A DNA stretch of 62,744 nt from a virus (Duplodnaviria; Caudoviricetes), in the IMG/VR virus record IMGVR_UViG_3300030390_001226, positions 1 through 62,744 of that record, one strand, 5' to 3'. Made by a program: the position numbers and the translations under genes. Of the stretch, positions 9,237 to 20,100 are shown piece by piece. Below the pieces are notes generated by a model. The model made no database searches. It was not told where the DNA came from and worked only from the letters and a program-made list of their open reading frames with translations. Every line of letters begins with the position of its first letter. Within the stretch, counting starts at the first letter, position 1.

Positions 9237-11627
9237 ATGCTTAACAAGAAACAAGAGTCAAACGGTTACCCTTCTCCTTTATCTTCAAACGAAGAAAAGG
9301 CATCATTAAGTTATGGGTTGCAGTACTTTAAAACTATGTATTACGAGTGGCACAACAACAGTGATATATACTTTAGAGATAAGAAACTAAGGTACTCTAG
9401 GAACAGGAGCTACGCTGAGGGAAATCAAGACGTTGGAAAGTACAAGGATTTGTTAGATGTTGGGGGAGATACTTCTTACTTAAATATTGACTGGACCCCT
9501 GTATCTGTTATACCTAAATTTGTTGACGTTATCGTTAACGGTATGGTTAATCAAGAGTACGACATAAAGGCTGAGTCTATAGATCCTGTTGCTGCAAACA
9601 AAAGGTTAGAGAAAAAGAAAAAGATGTATGGCGAGATGCTTACTAAAAGCTTTTTAACTAATCTTGAAGATGAGACTGGTATACCATTAACCCCTGATGG
9701 GTTTGTTGCTGATAGCTCTGAAGAAATTGAAATGTTTATGGCTCTTAACTATAAGCAGAATGTAGAGATTGCTTTGGAGAAGGCTATAGAGTACACGTTA
9801 GATATAAACGATTACTCTGAAGTAAAAAGATACATGATTCGTGATCTTGTTGTGCTAGGTTTATGTGCAGCTAAAACTGACCTATCACCTGTAAGTGGTC
9901 TTAGTATTCGCTACGTAGACCCTTCTAACCTTATAACATCTTTCTCTGCTTCTTCTGACTTTAAAAACATCAAGCATGCTGGAGAGGTTTACTCTATGAC
10001 TATAGCTGATTTAAAGCAGCAAGCAGGTAATGAGTTTAGTGAGGAGGATTATATTAAGATAGCTAATGAGTATGTAGGTAAGAATAATAACCCTATGTAC
10101 TTTAACACTTCAGCTAACTACGAGAATGGTGATAATACTTACGAGTATGATAAGTTTAGTATAAACATATTAGATGCTGAGTTTATTACGAGTCACGAAC
10201 TTAAATACGAAAAGAAAGATAATAAAAGTGGTGGTTACTCTGTAAATAAGAAGCCATCTAACTATAAGCAACCTAAAAACTCTAAGACTAATAGAAAAGC
10301 TATTGGGTCTACAGTTAAGGTTGTATATACAGGTAAATACATTGTAGGTTCTGATTACGTATTTAGTTACGGTTTAATGAAGGACATGCCTAGAAAGAAG
10401 TCTAACTTATCTGAGACTAGGTTGTCGTACATTGTGTACCAACCTAATTTATACAAAATGAAGAGTCGTTCTTTAGTTGATAGAATGGTTCCATTTGCTG
10501 ACCAAATACAATTAGCTCACCTTAAGATACAACACGTACTTGCCAAGGCTAGACCTAAGGGTGCTGCTTTTGAGATAGGTTCTTTAGAGAATGTATCTAA
10601 GGGAGATGGCGGTACATTTACCCCAATGGAGCTTCAAGAGATTTACGATCAAACTGGTAACATCTATTACAGACGTATAGACGATGAGGGTCAAATGACT
10701 GGATCAATGCCTATACAAGAGTTAGAGAATGGTATTGGTAGAGATTTCGGTACTCTTATAGGAGTATACAATCACAACATGCAGATGATTCGTGACGTAA
10801 CAGGTGTTAACGAGGCTCGTGACGCATCTAAACCATCAAGCGAGGCTTTGGTTGGGGTTCAGAAGTTATCGCTTCTAGCATCTAATAACGCTACTAGAGA
10901 TATTAATGATGCTTACCTAAATGTAACTAAGAGAGTGTCTCAAAGTATTACTGTTCGTATGCAGGACCTAATAAACTTCAAGAACCTTCATAGTATGTAT
11001 GCTAATGTTATTGGAGAGACTTCTATGGAATCTATAGACATGATGAATAAGCTTTCTATTCACGAATTTGGTATTACTCTAGAGGTAGCACCTAACGAGG
11101 AAGAGAAGCAAATTATGGAGCAAAACATTCAGGTTTCTTTATCTCAAAAAGAGTTAAGACTTGAGGATGCTATAATGATACGTTCTGTTAAAAATACTAA
11201 GATGGCTAATCAGATGCTTATCTTAAGAAGAAAGAAATACCAAGAAGAGCAACAGTCTCAAGCACAACAGGCTTCAGAGCAGAACGCTCAACTACAGCAA
11301 CAGTCTGCAGAACAAGCGGCACAACTTAAGCAGCAAAGCTTACAGTCAGAGATGCAAATAGAACAAGCTCGTGTACAAGCTAAGAGTCAAGCTGATATGC
11401 AGTTAAAACAATTAGACTATCAACTTAAGGAGCAGTTTGAGCAGGCTCAACACCAAAGAAGATTAAGAGAGATAGAGCTTGGTAACTTAGGTAAAGAGGG
11501 TGCAGCTTCATTACAAGGTGGAGTACGTAAAGAGGTTCAGCAACAGTCTGCTATAAACCAATCTCAGATGATAGAACAAAGAGAAGGTAAAAGAGGACCT
11601 TTAGGTTCTGAAGATAAAGCAGAGTAA
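9237..11627 (+). CDS. Portal protein
   Basis: Follows terL; IPKFVD, IRDVTGVNEARD, Q-rich C-terminal coiled coil. Confidence 0.85.
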   Translation: MLNKKQESNGYPSPLSSNEEKASLSYGLQYFKTMYYEWHNNSDIYFRDKKLRYSRNRSYAEGNQDVGKYKDLLDVGGDTSYLNIDWTPVSVIPKFVDVIVNGMVNQEYDIKAESIDPVAANKRLEKKKKMYGEMLTKSFLTNLEDETGIPLTPDGFVADSSEEIEMFMALNYKQNVEIALEKAIEYTLDINDYSEVKRYMIRDLVVLGLCAAKTDLSPVSGLSIRYVDPSNLITSFSASSDFKNIKHAGEVYSMTIADLKQQAGNEFSEEDYIKIANEYVGKNNNPMYFNTSANYENGDNTYEYDKFSINILDAEFITSHELKYEKKDNKSGGYSVNKKPSNYKQPKNSKTNRKAIGSTVKVVYTGKYIVGSDYVFSYGLMKDMPRKKSNLSETRLSYIVYQPNLYKMKSRSLVDRMVPFADQIQLAHLKIQHVLAKARPKGAAFEIGSLENVSKGDGGTFTPMELQEIYDQTGNIYYRRIDDEGQMTGSMPIQELENGIGRDFGTLIGVYNHNMQMIRDVTGVNEARDASKPSSEALVGVQKLSLLASNNATRDINDAYLNVTKRVSQSITVRMQDLINFKNLHSMYANVIGETSMESIDMMNKLSIHEFGITLEVAPNEEEKQIMEQNIQVSLSQKELRLEDAIMIRSVKNTKMANQMLILRRKKYQEEQQSQAQQASEQNAQLQQQSAEQAAQLKQQSLQSEMQIEQARVQAKSQADMQLKQLDYQLKEQFEQAQHQRRLREIELGNLGKEGAASLQGGVRKEVQQQSAINQSQMIEQREGKRGPLGSEDKAE

Positions 11628-11631
11628 ATAA

Positions 11632-11662
11632 TTTGACTTTACAATAAAAAAGTTTATATTTG
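11632..11662 (+). promoter_or_regulatory. Bacteroidota sigma-A-type promoter
   Basis: TTTG-N19-TATATTTG upstream of scaffold and capsid genes. Confidence 0.8.
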
Positions 11663-11689
11663 CGAAAATAAGTAATTAAATTTAAGACA

Positions 11690-12766
11690 ATGGATATACG
11701 TGACGAGTTAGTAAAACAGTTTGGAGGAGAGGTTGTTCAACCTCAAACTCAGGGAAATATTGTTGATTTAACTGGCGATGAAAACCAGCCAGCTGAATTA
11801 GAGCAATCTGTAACAGAGGAGAGATCTGATATTATAGACTTGACAGGTGAGAGTTCTTTAAATAATGGGGAGACCAACTTTGATGAGGATCAAACTTATC
11901 AACAAGAAGAGGGTGAAGAAATCAGTGATGATCAAGTTGTCTTAAACTACCTTAGCGAGAAGCTTGGGCGAGACATAGAATCATTTGATGATTTTGACAA
12001 CACTAGTGGAGAAGCAGAAAGCAATAACTTTGCAAGCGAGCAGCTACAAGTTATTAATGATTATGTAAGAGACACTGGTCGTTCAGTTCAAGATTACCTA
12101 AACACTCAAACTGTTGATTTATCTAACGTGTCTGATGACGCTGTAATAAAGGAGTATCTACAACTAGAGAATCCAACTTTAACTGAAGCTGAGTTAAGTG
12201 ATTACATTGCAGCAACATACAAAACAGATGCTGAGGAGTATAGTGCGAGAGACACCAACGCTGGTAAGGTTCAGCTTACTAAAGACGCTAGAGCTGCTAG
12301 AGATTACTTTAATCAGATAAAAGAGGATTACGCTATGCCAACTGAGGCTGGAGATCCTGGAGTATCTGATGCTGACAGAGGAGAATGGTTATCAGAAATG
12401 GAGGGAGAGGTTAATGACCTTGAAGGTTTATCTTTCTCTATGAATGACCAAGGTGAAGAGTTTACTTACAATCTAGATGACGAAGCTCGTCAGGAGATTA
12501 TGGGTTACAACTCAGATCTAGAAAACTTCTTTGATAAGTATGTAAACGAAAGCGGTGACTGGAACTTTGACGCTCTTAATACAGATATGTACATCATGAA
12601 TAACATCGACAAGATTGTTAGAGGTGTAGCTAATCAGTACAGAAGCAAGGGGACAGAGAACGTAATTAATGAGATTAAGAACCCATCGTTTGCCCAAGAT
12701 AAGCAAGCAGCACCTCAGAAACAAGAGTCAACTCTCGACATGTTAAGAAGACAAATACTTGGTTAA
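11690..12766 (+). CDS. Capsid scaffolding protein (putative)
   Basis: Very acidic, between portal and major capsid gene. Confidence 0.65.
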   Translation: MDIRDELVKQFGGEVVQPQTQGNIVDLTGDENQPAELEQSVTEERSDIIDLTGESSLNNGETNFDEDQTYQQEEGEEISDDQVVLNYLSEKLGRDIESFDDFDNTSGEAESNNFASEQLQVINDYVRDTGRSVQDYLNTQTVDLSNVSDDAVIKEYLQLENPTLTEAELSDYIAATYKTDAEEYSARDTNAGKVQLTKDARAARDYFNQIKEDYAMPTEAGDPGVSDADRGEWLSEMEGEVNDLEGLSFSMNDQGEEFTYNLDDEARQEIMGYNSDLENFFDKYVNESGDWNFDALNTDMYIMNNIDKIVRGVANQYRSKGTENVINEIKNPSFAQDKQAAPQKQESTLDMLRRQILG

Positions 12767-12802
12767 AACAAAAATTAATTTTCATTTTAAAAATATAAAA
12801 AA

Positions 12803-14221
12803 ATGGCAACAGTAAGTTTAGCTTCAGGTATGGTGGCAACACCATCAAATGTAGCAGTTGCAACTACATCTAACTATGTAGGTACTTCAACGTTAATTAA
12901 CGCTGATGGTACAGATGGTATTCCGTTACATAAACGTGATGTAGATGAGCAACTAATTAAGAGATACGGTGATCAAGGTATCACTGGATTGATGGAACTT
13001 TTAGGTTCTAAAAAAGAAACAACAGCTCAAACTTTTGAGCACTATGAGGAAACTCTTCTTCATAATCACTTCACAGGTGCTATCTCTAGTAACGATTTAA
13101 CAATCGCTAATGCTTTTGATGATACTGGGGACGCTGCAGGTAACACAGCAGTTCGTGATGGTGACCTTTTATTGGGTAACACAGGAGTTATGTACTACGT
13201 GGCTGGTAAAGCTGATGGTTCTGCTTCTACTCAACCAGAAGATAACTTTCAATTAAAATTAGTATCTAATGGTAATTTAGCTGGATCTCCTGCTGATACA
13301 TCATTTGCTATCGTAGGTAACGCTTACGCAGAAAGAACTGGTCAACCAGTTGGTATCACACCTCGTGTAGATCAATATCAAAACAAATGTCAGATTATTA
13401 AAGAATCTTTCACTGTTTCTGGTTCTGAAGCAACTAACGCAGTTTACGTAAAGGTTAACTCTCCTGAGATGGGTACTGGTTACTTATGGTACTTACAAGG
13501 TGAGGCTGATACTTACCAACGTTTTCAAGATTACGCTGAATTAGCAATGATTATTGGTCAATCTGCTGTAGGACTAGAAGATGGTGCTACTGATGGTGCT
13601 GGAGCTGCAGTTGTAACAACTGAAGGTCTTTTACCATTTATTGAAAACAAAGGTCAAACTATGGATCTTGGTTCTTCAGCAATTACCATGGCTGACTTTG
13701 ATGCTGCTGTTAAGTCTTTAGACAAGTACAGAGGTTCAAAAGAAATGGCTCTTTACGCTGGTATCAACTTATCTTTAGATATTGATGACTTATTAGCTTC
13801 TCAAGGTGCTTACGCAGCAGGTGGTGCTAACTACGGTACTTTCGCTAACAACAAAGATATGGCGTTGAACTTAGGCTTTAACTCGTTCTCTCGTGGTGGT
13901 TATACTTTCCACAAGAAAACTTACGACCTATTTAACAGACCTGACTTGTTAGGTGGTGATGGCTTTAAATACAATGGTTTCGGTATGTGTATTCCTATGG
14001 ATTCACAAAAAGATGCTAAGTCTGGTGAGAAAATTCCTTCGTTACGTATGCGATACAAAGCAGCTAACGGATACTCTCGTGAGATGGAGCACTGGTTAAC
14101 TGGATCTGCAGTTCTACAAAACAAAACTAACGAAACAGATGAGTTACGATGTAACTACAGAACTGAGCGTGGTTTTGAAGGATTTGCTCCTAACCGTTTC
14201 TTATTGTTCAAGAAATCATAA
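12803..14221 (+). CDS. Major capsid protein
   Basis: 472 aa, position, strongly biased codons, IIKESFTVSGS and TTEGLL motifs. Confidence 0.85.
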   Translation: MATVSLASGMVATPSNVAVATTSNYVGTSTLINADGTDGIPLHKRDVDEQLIKRYGDQGITGLMELLGSKKETTAQTFEHYEETLLHNHFTGAISSNDLTIANAFDDTGDAAGNTAVRDGDLLLGNTGVMYYVAGKADGSASTQPEDNFQLKLVSNGNLAGSPADTSFAIVGNAYAERTGQPVGITPRVDQYQNKCQIIKESFTVSGSEATNAVYVKVNSPEMGTGYLWYLQGEADTYQRFQDYAELAMIIGQSAVGLEDGATDGAGAAVVTTEGLLPFIENKGQTMDLGSSAITMADFDAAVKSLDKYRGSKEMALYAGINLSLDIDDLLASQGAYAAGGANYGTFANNKDMALNLGFNSFSRGGYTFHKKTYDLFNRPDLLGGDGFKYNGFGMCIPMDSQKDAKSGEKIPSLRMRYKAANGYSREMEHWLTGSAVLQNKTNETDELRCNYRTERGFEGFAPNRFLLFKKS

Positions 14222-14249
14222 TTATTAATATATAAAAAAACATAAGAAA

Positions 14250-14609
14250 ATGGAGAATTATTTATATTTCGCAAGTGCTGCTGCTGATGGAACAGCCTCT
14301 ACTGAAGAAGTAGCTTGCTTTCCTGCTGGTCAACTATCTCACTTTGAGATGGCAACAACGACATCAATGAGAGTTTACTTTGAGTCTAGTCAAGAAAATG
14401 ACGATGACTCAGGTATAGATGCAGCTCATGTTGTACTTACTATTACTATTGGTAAGCACAAAGAAGCTATACAGGATATTGTTGAAGCTATTAATAGACC
14501 AAGTGGAGGTAACTTTGGTTTTGTTAACATAGCAGACAGTGAACAATCAGTATTTTGCAGTGAGCATGTTACAGCTTGTGCATCTATGTCAGTAATTGAT
14601 GCTAGCTAA
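14250..14609 (+). CDS. Virion protein, possible capsid decoration
   Basis: Between major capsid gene and terminator. Confidence 0.5.
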   Translation: MENYLYFASAAADGTASTEEVACFPAGQLSHFEMATTTSMRVYFESSQENDDDSGIDAAHVVLTITIGKHKEAIQDIVEAINRPSGGNFGFVNIADSEQSVFCSEHVTACASMSVIDAS

Positions 14610-14638
14610 TAACTAGAGATAGTTAATTATATATTACT

Positions 14639-14664
14639 GGAGGGGGCTTTGTACCCCTCCTTTT
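14639..14664 (+). terminator. Intrinsic terminator
   Basis: GGAGGGG/CCCCTCC stem followed by TTTT. Confidence 0.75.
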
Positions 14665-14697
14665 ATAACTTCAAGTTAATTTTAGAAAATAATTATT

Positions 14698-15576
14698 ATG
14701 TCACCAACAAAAAGAAAGGCTGTAACGCCTCCAAGTACTACTAAGGTCGTAGCTCAAGCTCCCATAGTAGAAAAGAAATTCACCCCTCAGTTTACTAACA
14801 AGAAACAAGAGTACAAGCCATCTGTTTATCATTTAGTTTCTAAATCTAGAAATCCAAAAACTAGAATGCCTCAGTATCCTATTGTATCTTTATTAAAGGC
14901 TGAGGATATTATATTTGACCCTGAAACAGGGGAGAATAGAAAAATTAGATACGTTCCTGGAGAAGCTTCTATATTTGCAGATGATCATCCAGAAACAGCT
15001 AAGATGAGAGATCCTATTGCTTTTAACAATGGTTTTCTTTTTGTAGATCACACAAACCCTACCCTTAAAAAATATTTAGATACTTGTAACGCTAACGGTA
15101 GTAATCCTCACAGAATAAAATCTAAAAATATTTTATTTAACGTAAAGGATGAAGAGAAGAATGCACAAGATAGAATAGCTCAAGTGGCTGATGTTATGGA
15201 TGCTGTACAAAGTGCCCTTAAAATGCCTTTAAATGAGCTTGTAGGGTATGCTAAGGTATTAGGTGTCAACACTAACAAGAGTGTAGATGAGATTCGTTGG
15301 GACATGAAGGTTCAAGCAGAAAAGAATCCTACAGCTTTCTTAGCAGGAATGAATGACCCTCGTACAGAGATGAAGCAGTTACTACTTATGGCTCAAGAGT
15401 CAAGCATTATATCTATGAAGAAATCAGCTGTAACTTGGGTATCCTCAGGTAATACAATATGTGTCCCTGCAATTGGAGTTAAGCCTATCGAGAGAATGGT
15501 AGACTTCTGTTCTGAAGGCGAGGGAGAGCAGATATACGCAGAGATAGAGCGTAGACTGCAAGCGATTAATGGATAA
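14698..15576 (+). CDS. Hypothetical protein in the head module
   Basis: 292-aa ORF. Confidence 0.7.
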   Translation: MSPTKRKAVTPPSTTKVVAQAPIVEKKFTPQFTNKKQEYKPSVYHLVSKSRNPKTRMPQYPIVSLLKAEDIIFDPETGENRKIRYVPGEASIFADDHPETAKMRDPIAFNNGFLFVDHTNPTLKKYLDTCNANGSNPHRIKSKNILFNVKDEEKNAQDRIAQVADVMDAVQSALKMPLNELVGYAKVLGVNTNKSVDEIRWDMKVQAEKNPTAFLAGMNDPRTEMKQLLLMAQESSIISMKKSAVTWVSSGNTICVPAIGVKPIERMVDFCSEGEGEQIYAEIERRLQAING

Positions 15577-15599
15577 TGATTTAATGTAATATATTAAAG

Positions 15600-15627
15600 A
15601 GGGAGGCTTAGGCTTCCCTTTTTTTTT
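15600..15627 (+). terminator. Intrinsic terminator
   Basis: AGGGAGGC/GCTTCCCT stem followed by long T tract. Confidence 0.85.
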
Positions 15628-15654
15628 GTTATAAAGAATTATTTCGTACTTTTG
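15625..15654 (+). promoter_or_regulatory. Bacteroidota-type promoter
   Basis: TTTG-N18-TACTTTTG. Confidence 0.6.
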
Positions 15655-15675
15655 CTAGGAATAAATTACAGAATA

Positions 15676-16410
15676 ATGACAATTGATGAAATATACAAAC
15701 TAGTACAAGTCTTTGCAAACAAAGAGCAAAGAGGCTTTATAACGCCAGGTGATTTTAATTTACTAGCAAAACAAGCTGATCTAGAACTATACAATAAAAG
15801 ACTATCCACTATTATGGAGAAGTCTCAACCTAAGAAATCAGCAGGGTATTACGCAGAAAGTTTAACTCCTGAGTTAGCAGAGCAAGATATTGCTGCCTTC
15901 CTTAAGACTGAAGTTGTATCAACTACTGCTAATAGTTTGGTGGCTCACGTTGGTACTTCAAACTCTTTACTTACAGATTACATTGTTTCAATATCTACAG
16001 CAGACGCTGAGACTCAATCAATAACTACTAACGTACCAGTAGAGATAGTAAATAATAGAAATATAAATCAAATACTTAGGAGTAGTTTGGCAAAGCCTTC
16101 AGCTTCTTACCCTGTTGCTTTAATTGGTAACAACAACACTTCTAATAATAAAAAGTTAATTAACGTATTCCCAGACACTATTAAATCTGTAACTGTAGCT
16201 CATTACGTACATAATTACTCTCCAAAATGGAATTACGTAACTATAGCAGGTAAGCCTGTTTACGATAACGCTAATTCAACTCAGTTTAGATCATCTAATA
16301 GAACTCATGGAGAGTTAGTGGTTAAGATATTAGAATACTTAGGCGTTAGTATTAGAGAGGCAGATGTAGTGCAGTACGCACAGGCAAACGAATTAAAAGC
16401 AGATAGTTAA
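15676..16410 (+). CDS. Head-tail adaptor/ring protein (putative)
   Basis: ANKEQRGFITPGDFNLLA...ILEYLGVSIRE; position before tail gene. Confidence 0.6.
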   Translation: MTIDEIYKLVQVFANKEQRGFITPGDFNLLAKQADLELYNKRLSTIMEKSQPKKSAGYYAESLTPELAEQDIAAFLKTEVVSTTANSLVAHVGTSNSLLTDYIVSISTADAETQSITTNVPVEIVNNRNINQILRSSLAKPSASYPVALIGNNNTSNNKKLINVFPDTIKSVTVAHYVHNYSPKWNYVTIAGKPVYDNANSTQFRSSNRTHGELVVKILEYLGVSIREADVVQYAQANELKADS

Positions 16411-16412
16411 TT

Positions 16413-17138
16413 ATGGCAGCAGATTACACAAACATAGACGAGGTGATTAACGACTTTCAGCTGATGATGGACGACACTTCTTACGATAAAGAGGCTCAGA
16501 TATACCAATTAAGATTACTTGCCTTACAAGGGCTTAGAGAGCTTTCTTTTGATACTGGTCAAGAGATTAAAACAACTACATTAACTGTAAATAGTTCTCT
16601 TCAAGTTACTTTACCAACTGACTACTTAAAATTAATTAAGATTGGGTACAGAGGTGACGATAATGAGATTCACTCTTTAGGGGTAAACAATAAACTAGCT
16701 TTAGACAACTCTGTTGCTGCTGTAGTTAATGATGACTTTTATGACGAGAACAACCCCTACTACCACCTAGACTTAGGTAAAAAGTTTGGTATAGGTGGAG
16801 GTAAGAATGCTTTAGGGTATTATAGGCTTAATAGAAATGATGGTACTATTAATTTCTCTTCTGAGTTATTAAATAAAACTTTAGTTTTAGAGTATATATC
16901 TGATGGTGCAGAAGAAACTAATCCTAAGGTTCATAAGTTTTGTGAAGAGGCTTTACGTTCTTACATATACTACAGGTATATATTAAGAAAGCGTGGAATC
17001 CCTGCTAACGAGAAGCAATCAGCAAAAAGAACCTTCTACAATGAGAAGAGACTAGCTAGGGCTAGAATGATGAGCTTCAATAAAGAGGAAGCGTTACAGA
17101 CCTCAAGAAAAGCATTTAAGCAATCACCTAAGTTATAA
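16413..17138 (+). CDS. Second ring/tail tubular protein (putative)
   Basis: GLRELSFD, LPTDY, LEYISDG motifs; position. Confidence 0.55.
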   Translation: MAADYTNIDEVINDFQLMMDDTSYDKEAQIYQLRLLALQGLRELSFDTGQEIKTTTLTVNSSLQVTLPTDYLKLIKIGYRGDDNEIHSLGVNNKLALDNSVAAVVNDDFYDENNPYYHLDLGKKFGIGGGKNALGYYRLNRNDGTINFSSELLNKTLVLEYISDGAEETNPKVHKFCEEALRSYIYYRYILRKRGIPANEKQSAKRTFYNEKRLARARMMSFNKEEALQTSRKAFKQSPKL

Positions 17139-17144
17139 TAAGCA

Positions 17145-20100
17145 ATGGCACAAGATAAGAGAGTATTTACAGGTGGGATGGATAAGGATTCTGATCCTCG
17201 CCTAGTTAAGGGTGGTGACTATAGAGACGCTTTAAATATAAGAAACACATCTTCATCTGATGGTACGTCAGGATCTGTTGAGAACATGGAGGGTAACACG
17301 CTTGTTCATTATGGTTTTATTGATGAAGCAGACGAAATAACTGAAGTAACCCCAGTAGGTAATGGAGACTTTGAAATTATTGAAGTAGAACCTAGTCAAA
17401 CATTCTACCAACAACAAATAATTTTTTGTTGTAGAGAGATAGACCATGAATTTTATAATCACACTCTTTATTATTATAATACTAACACTAATGGATTTGC
17501 AGGAATACCTCCTAGTAATATCTATTGGGTTGGAACTCAATATCAAACAAATACAGCGAATCAATTATACAACTTATATGGTCCAGGTGGACCTCTTTCT
17601 GTCTTAAATGTTATAGATACAATTACTGGTAATGTTATTGAAATTCAAGCAGAGATTGATTTTGATAGTAATTCTCAACTTCAACCTGGTTATGACTCTC
17701 CTTTTACAGTAACATATACGTCAACCCAAGCTAACGCAGAATTCTTGCTTCAAGTTTATGGGGGGGTTAATGATGATGATTTAGCTATTAATATAAGTGA
17801 TTTTGATATATCCGACACAGAGCCTCTTGGACCTGGCATTAGCGTTACTTATCAAAAAAGTTTTGTAACTGTACCTAGTTACGATAGCAACGTAGATAAT
17901 GAAAACAACTCTTTTGGTTTAAATGGTGGTTCTAACAGTCAAGGTTCTGAGTATGAGTTCCAAGTTACTGGTCCAGAGCCTAAAGACCCAAGTAAAGAGG
18001 CTGCCGATGTGGGTATTTATAGTTACGATCAAGTAGGAGAGGGTGATTCTGAAGATGATTATATTGTAAGTCCTTTTATAGATTTAACTGATGTTTCTGC
18101 AGGGACAGGTTCTGGTGGGGATTATGAGTTTGGCTCAGGTACTAGCCTTTCAAATTCGCTATTAAATATATTAGAAACGGATAAGTATGGTAATGTTTTA
18201 ATTAGTGGTGGTTCAGGAACAACAACAACAGTTGGGTTAGTAACAGCTGATTTTGTTAATGATACAGTGCTTAAAGGTCATAATAGTGGCACACCAAGAA
18301 ACAACCCTTCTGAGGCATCTTACTCTCAAATAGAATATTACTATAACAATACTGAGGTTACAGAGGGTGATGGTTTTACCATATCCCAAGGTACTCTAAC
18401 GTTTAGTGGGGAAGAAGTTTTATCCTCTAATTATTATGTGTTAAAATCTAATATATTAGGTAATAAAAATTATTTATTATCATTTACAGTTTCTGGACTT
18501 ACTTTAGGTAAAAGTTTTACAATAACATCTGGTAATACAACTATAGGAAAGGTAAGTACTAATGGTATTCAATTACTTTATTTTGAGGCTACTGGGAACT
18601 CCTCAGTTATTTATTTACAAATTAGCTCTGATTTTTCAACATCAGAATCATTTACTATATCTAACTTAAGGTTATTTTTAGAGAAGATACCAGTAACTAA
18701 GTTATCTATTAACTTTAAGTCTTTAGGTTCTGCTCAATTTAAGTTAGCTCTTGCTACTAGTGCTGAACAATTAAAAATAGACCTTGTTGCTGGTAGGGTT
18801 AATTCTCAATTTAACGAGTGGTATCCTGGTGTTGGTTTATCTTTAATAAATAAATCTATAGGGTCAGATAACATTAGTGCTTTGGGTAATACTATTACTG
18901 AATTGAAAGAACAATTAATTGAGGCTAATGCTTCAATAGCTAGTCTTTATACTTCTATAGCAAACACTAACACAGCTCACGCTGAGGAGTTAGAAACACT
19001 TCAAACTGCTTTAAGCATAGCAGGAGTCAGTTTAGCGGAGGTTCAAAGCGAACTAACTGCTGCACAAGCTGCACAAACTGTTATAGACAATGAATTAATT
19101 GCCTTATACGATCAGTACGAAATATTATCTAGTGCTGTAAGTAATTTAGACCCAGAGGGAGGATCATCTTTATTAGATCAAGTTAGTACTATATCAGGAT
19201 TATCATTAGGGTTAGAAGCTGTAAACAATGCTTTAGCTTCTGTATCTACTTCTCATCTTACAAACGCAGAATTGGCGGCAGAGATTGATAAGCTTCAAGA
19301 TGATTACGATGATTTAATTATTGTGAACGATGGACTTTTAGCAGATTTAAATGATGCAGCCATTAGGATTGATGAGTTGGAGGGGAGTCTAACTACTATT
19401 AATTCAACTCTAGCAACCCAAAGTAATACTATTAATGAACTACAAGCTGAGTTACAAGCAGCAATTGACAATGAAGATAATGGAGATACACCTTTTGATC
19501 AAGATGATTTAAATCTTCTTACAGTTACTCACAACGATGAAATTAATGATATTAGAGAGGAATACAATGGAGCCATAACTTTATTAAATGCTACAATAGC
19601 TGGTCTGGAATCAGAGCTAGAAATTGCTGATGATGATATTACGCAGGCTGATATAACTACTTTAGAGGCTGAAGTAGATCGTATTCAGGCTGCACTTGAT
19701 CTTATTGAGGAGCAAGAAGCTGCAGACCCTACCGTATTGGATGTAGAACATTATATAAACGATACTAAATTTGAGGATGAAAGCGAGTGGTTACTAGGTA
19801 ACGATTGGAGTTTTGACACTAATGGTGCAACTTTTAGAGGTAATGGCGAAGGCTCAGCAAGTGATAAGAGGTTACAGAAATCTGTTACTTTAGATGCAGG
19901 TAATTATATTGTTAGCCTCAATGCTTCTATTGGATCTAATCTTGATTCTTTTTATGTTGCTACCATTGCTAGCTCAGGTTTCTATTTTACAAACCATGAA
20001 ACCATAACAACTAGCGGAAGGAGTGTGTTTAGAATTACAATTACTAATACTAAATCTAAATTTTGGATAATTCCTAGTTATATTAATTCTAACTTTTCTA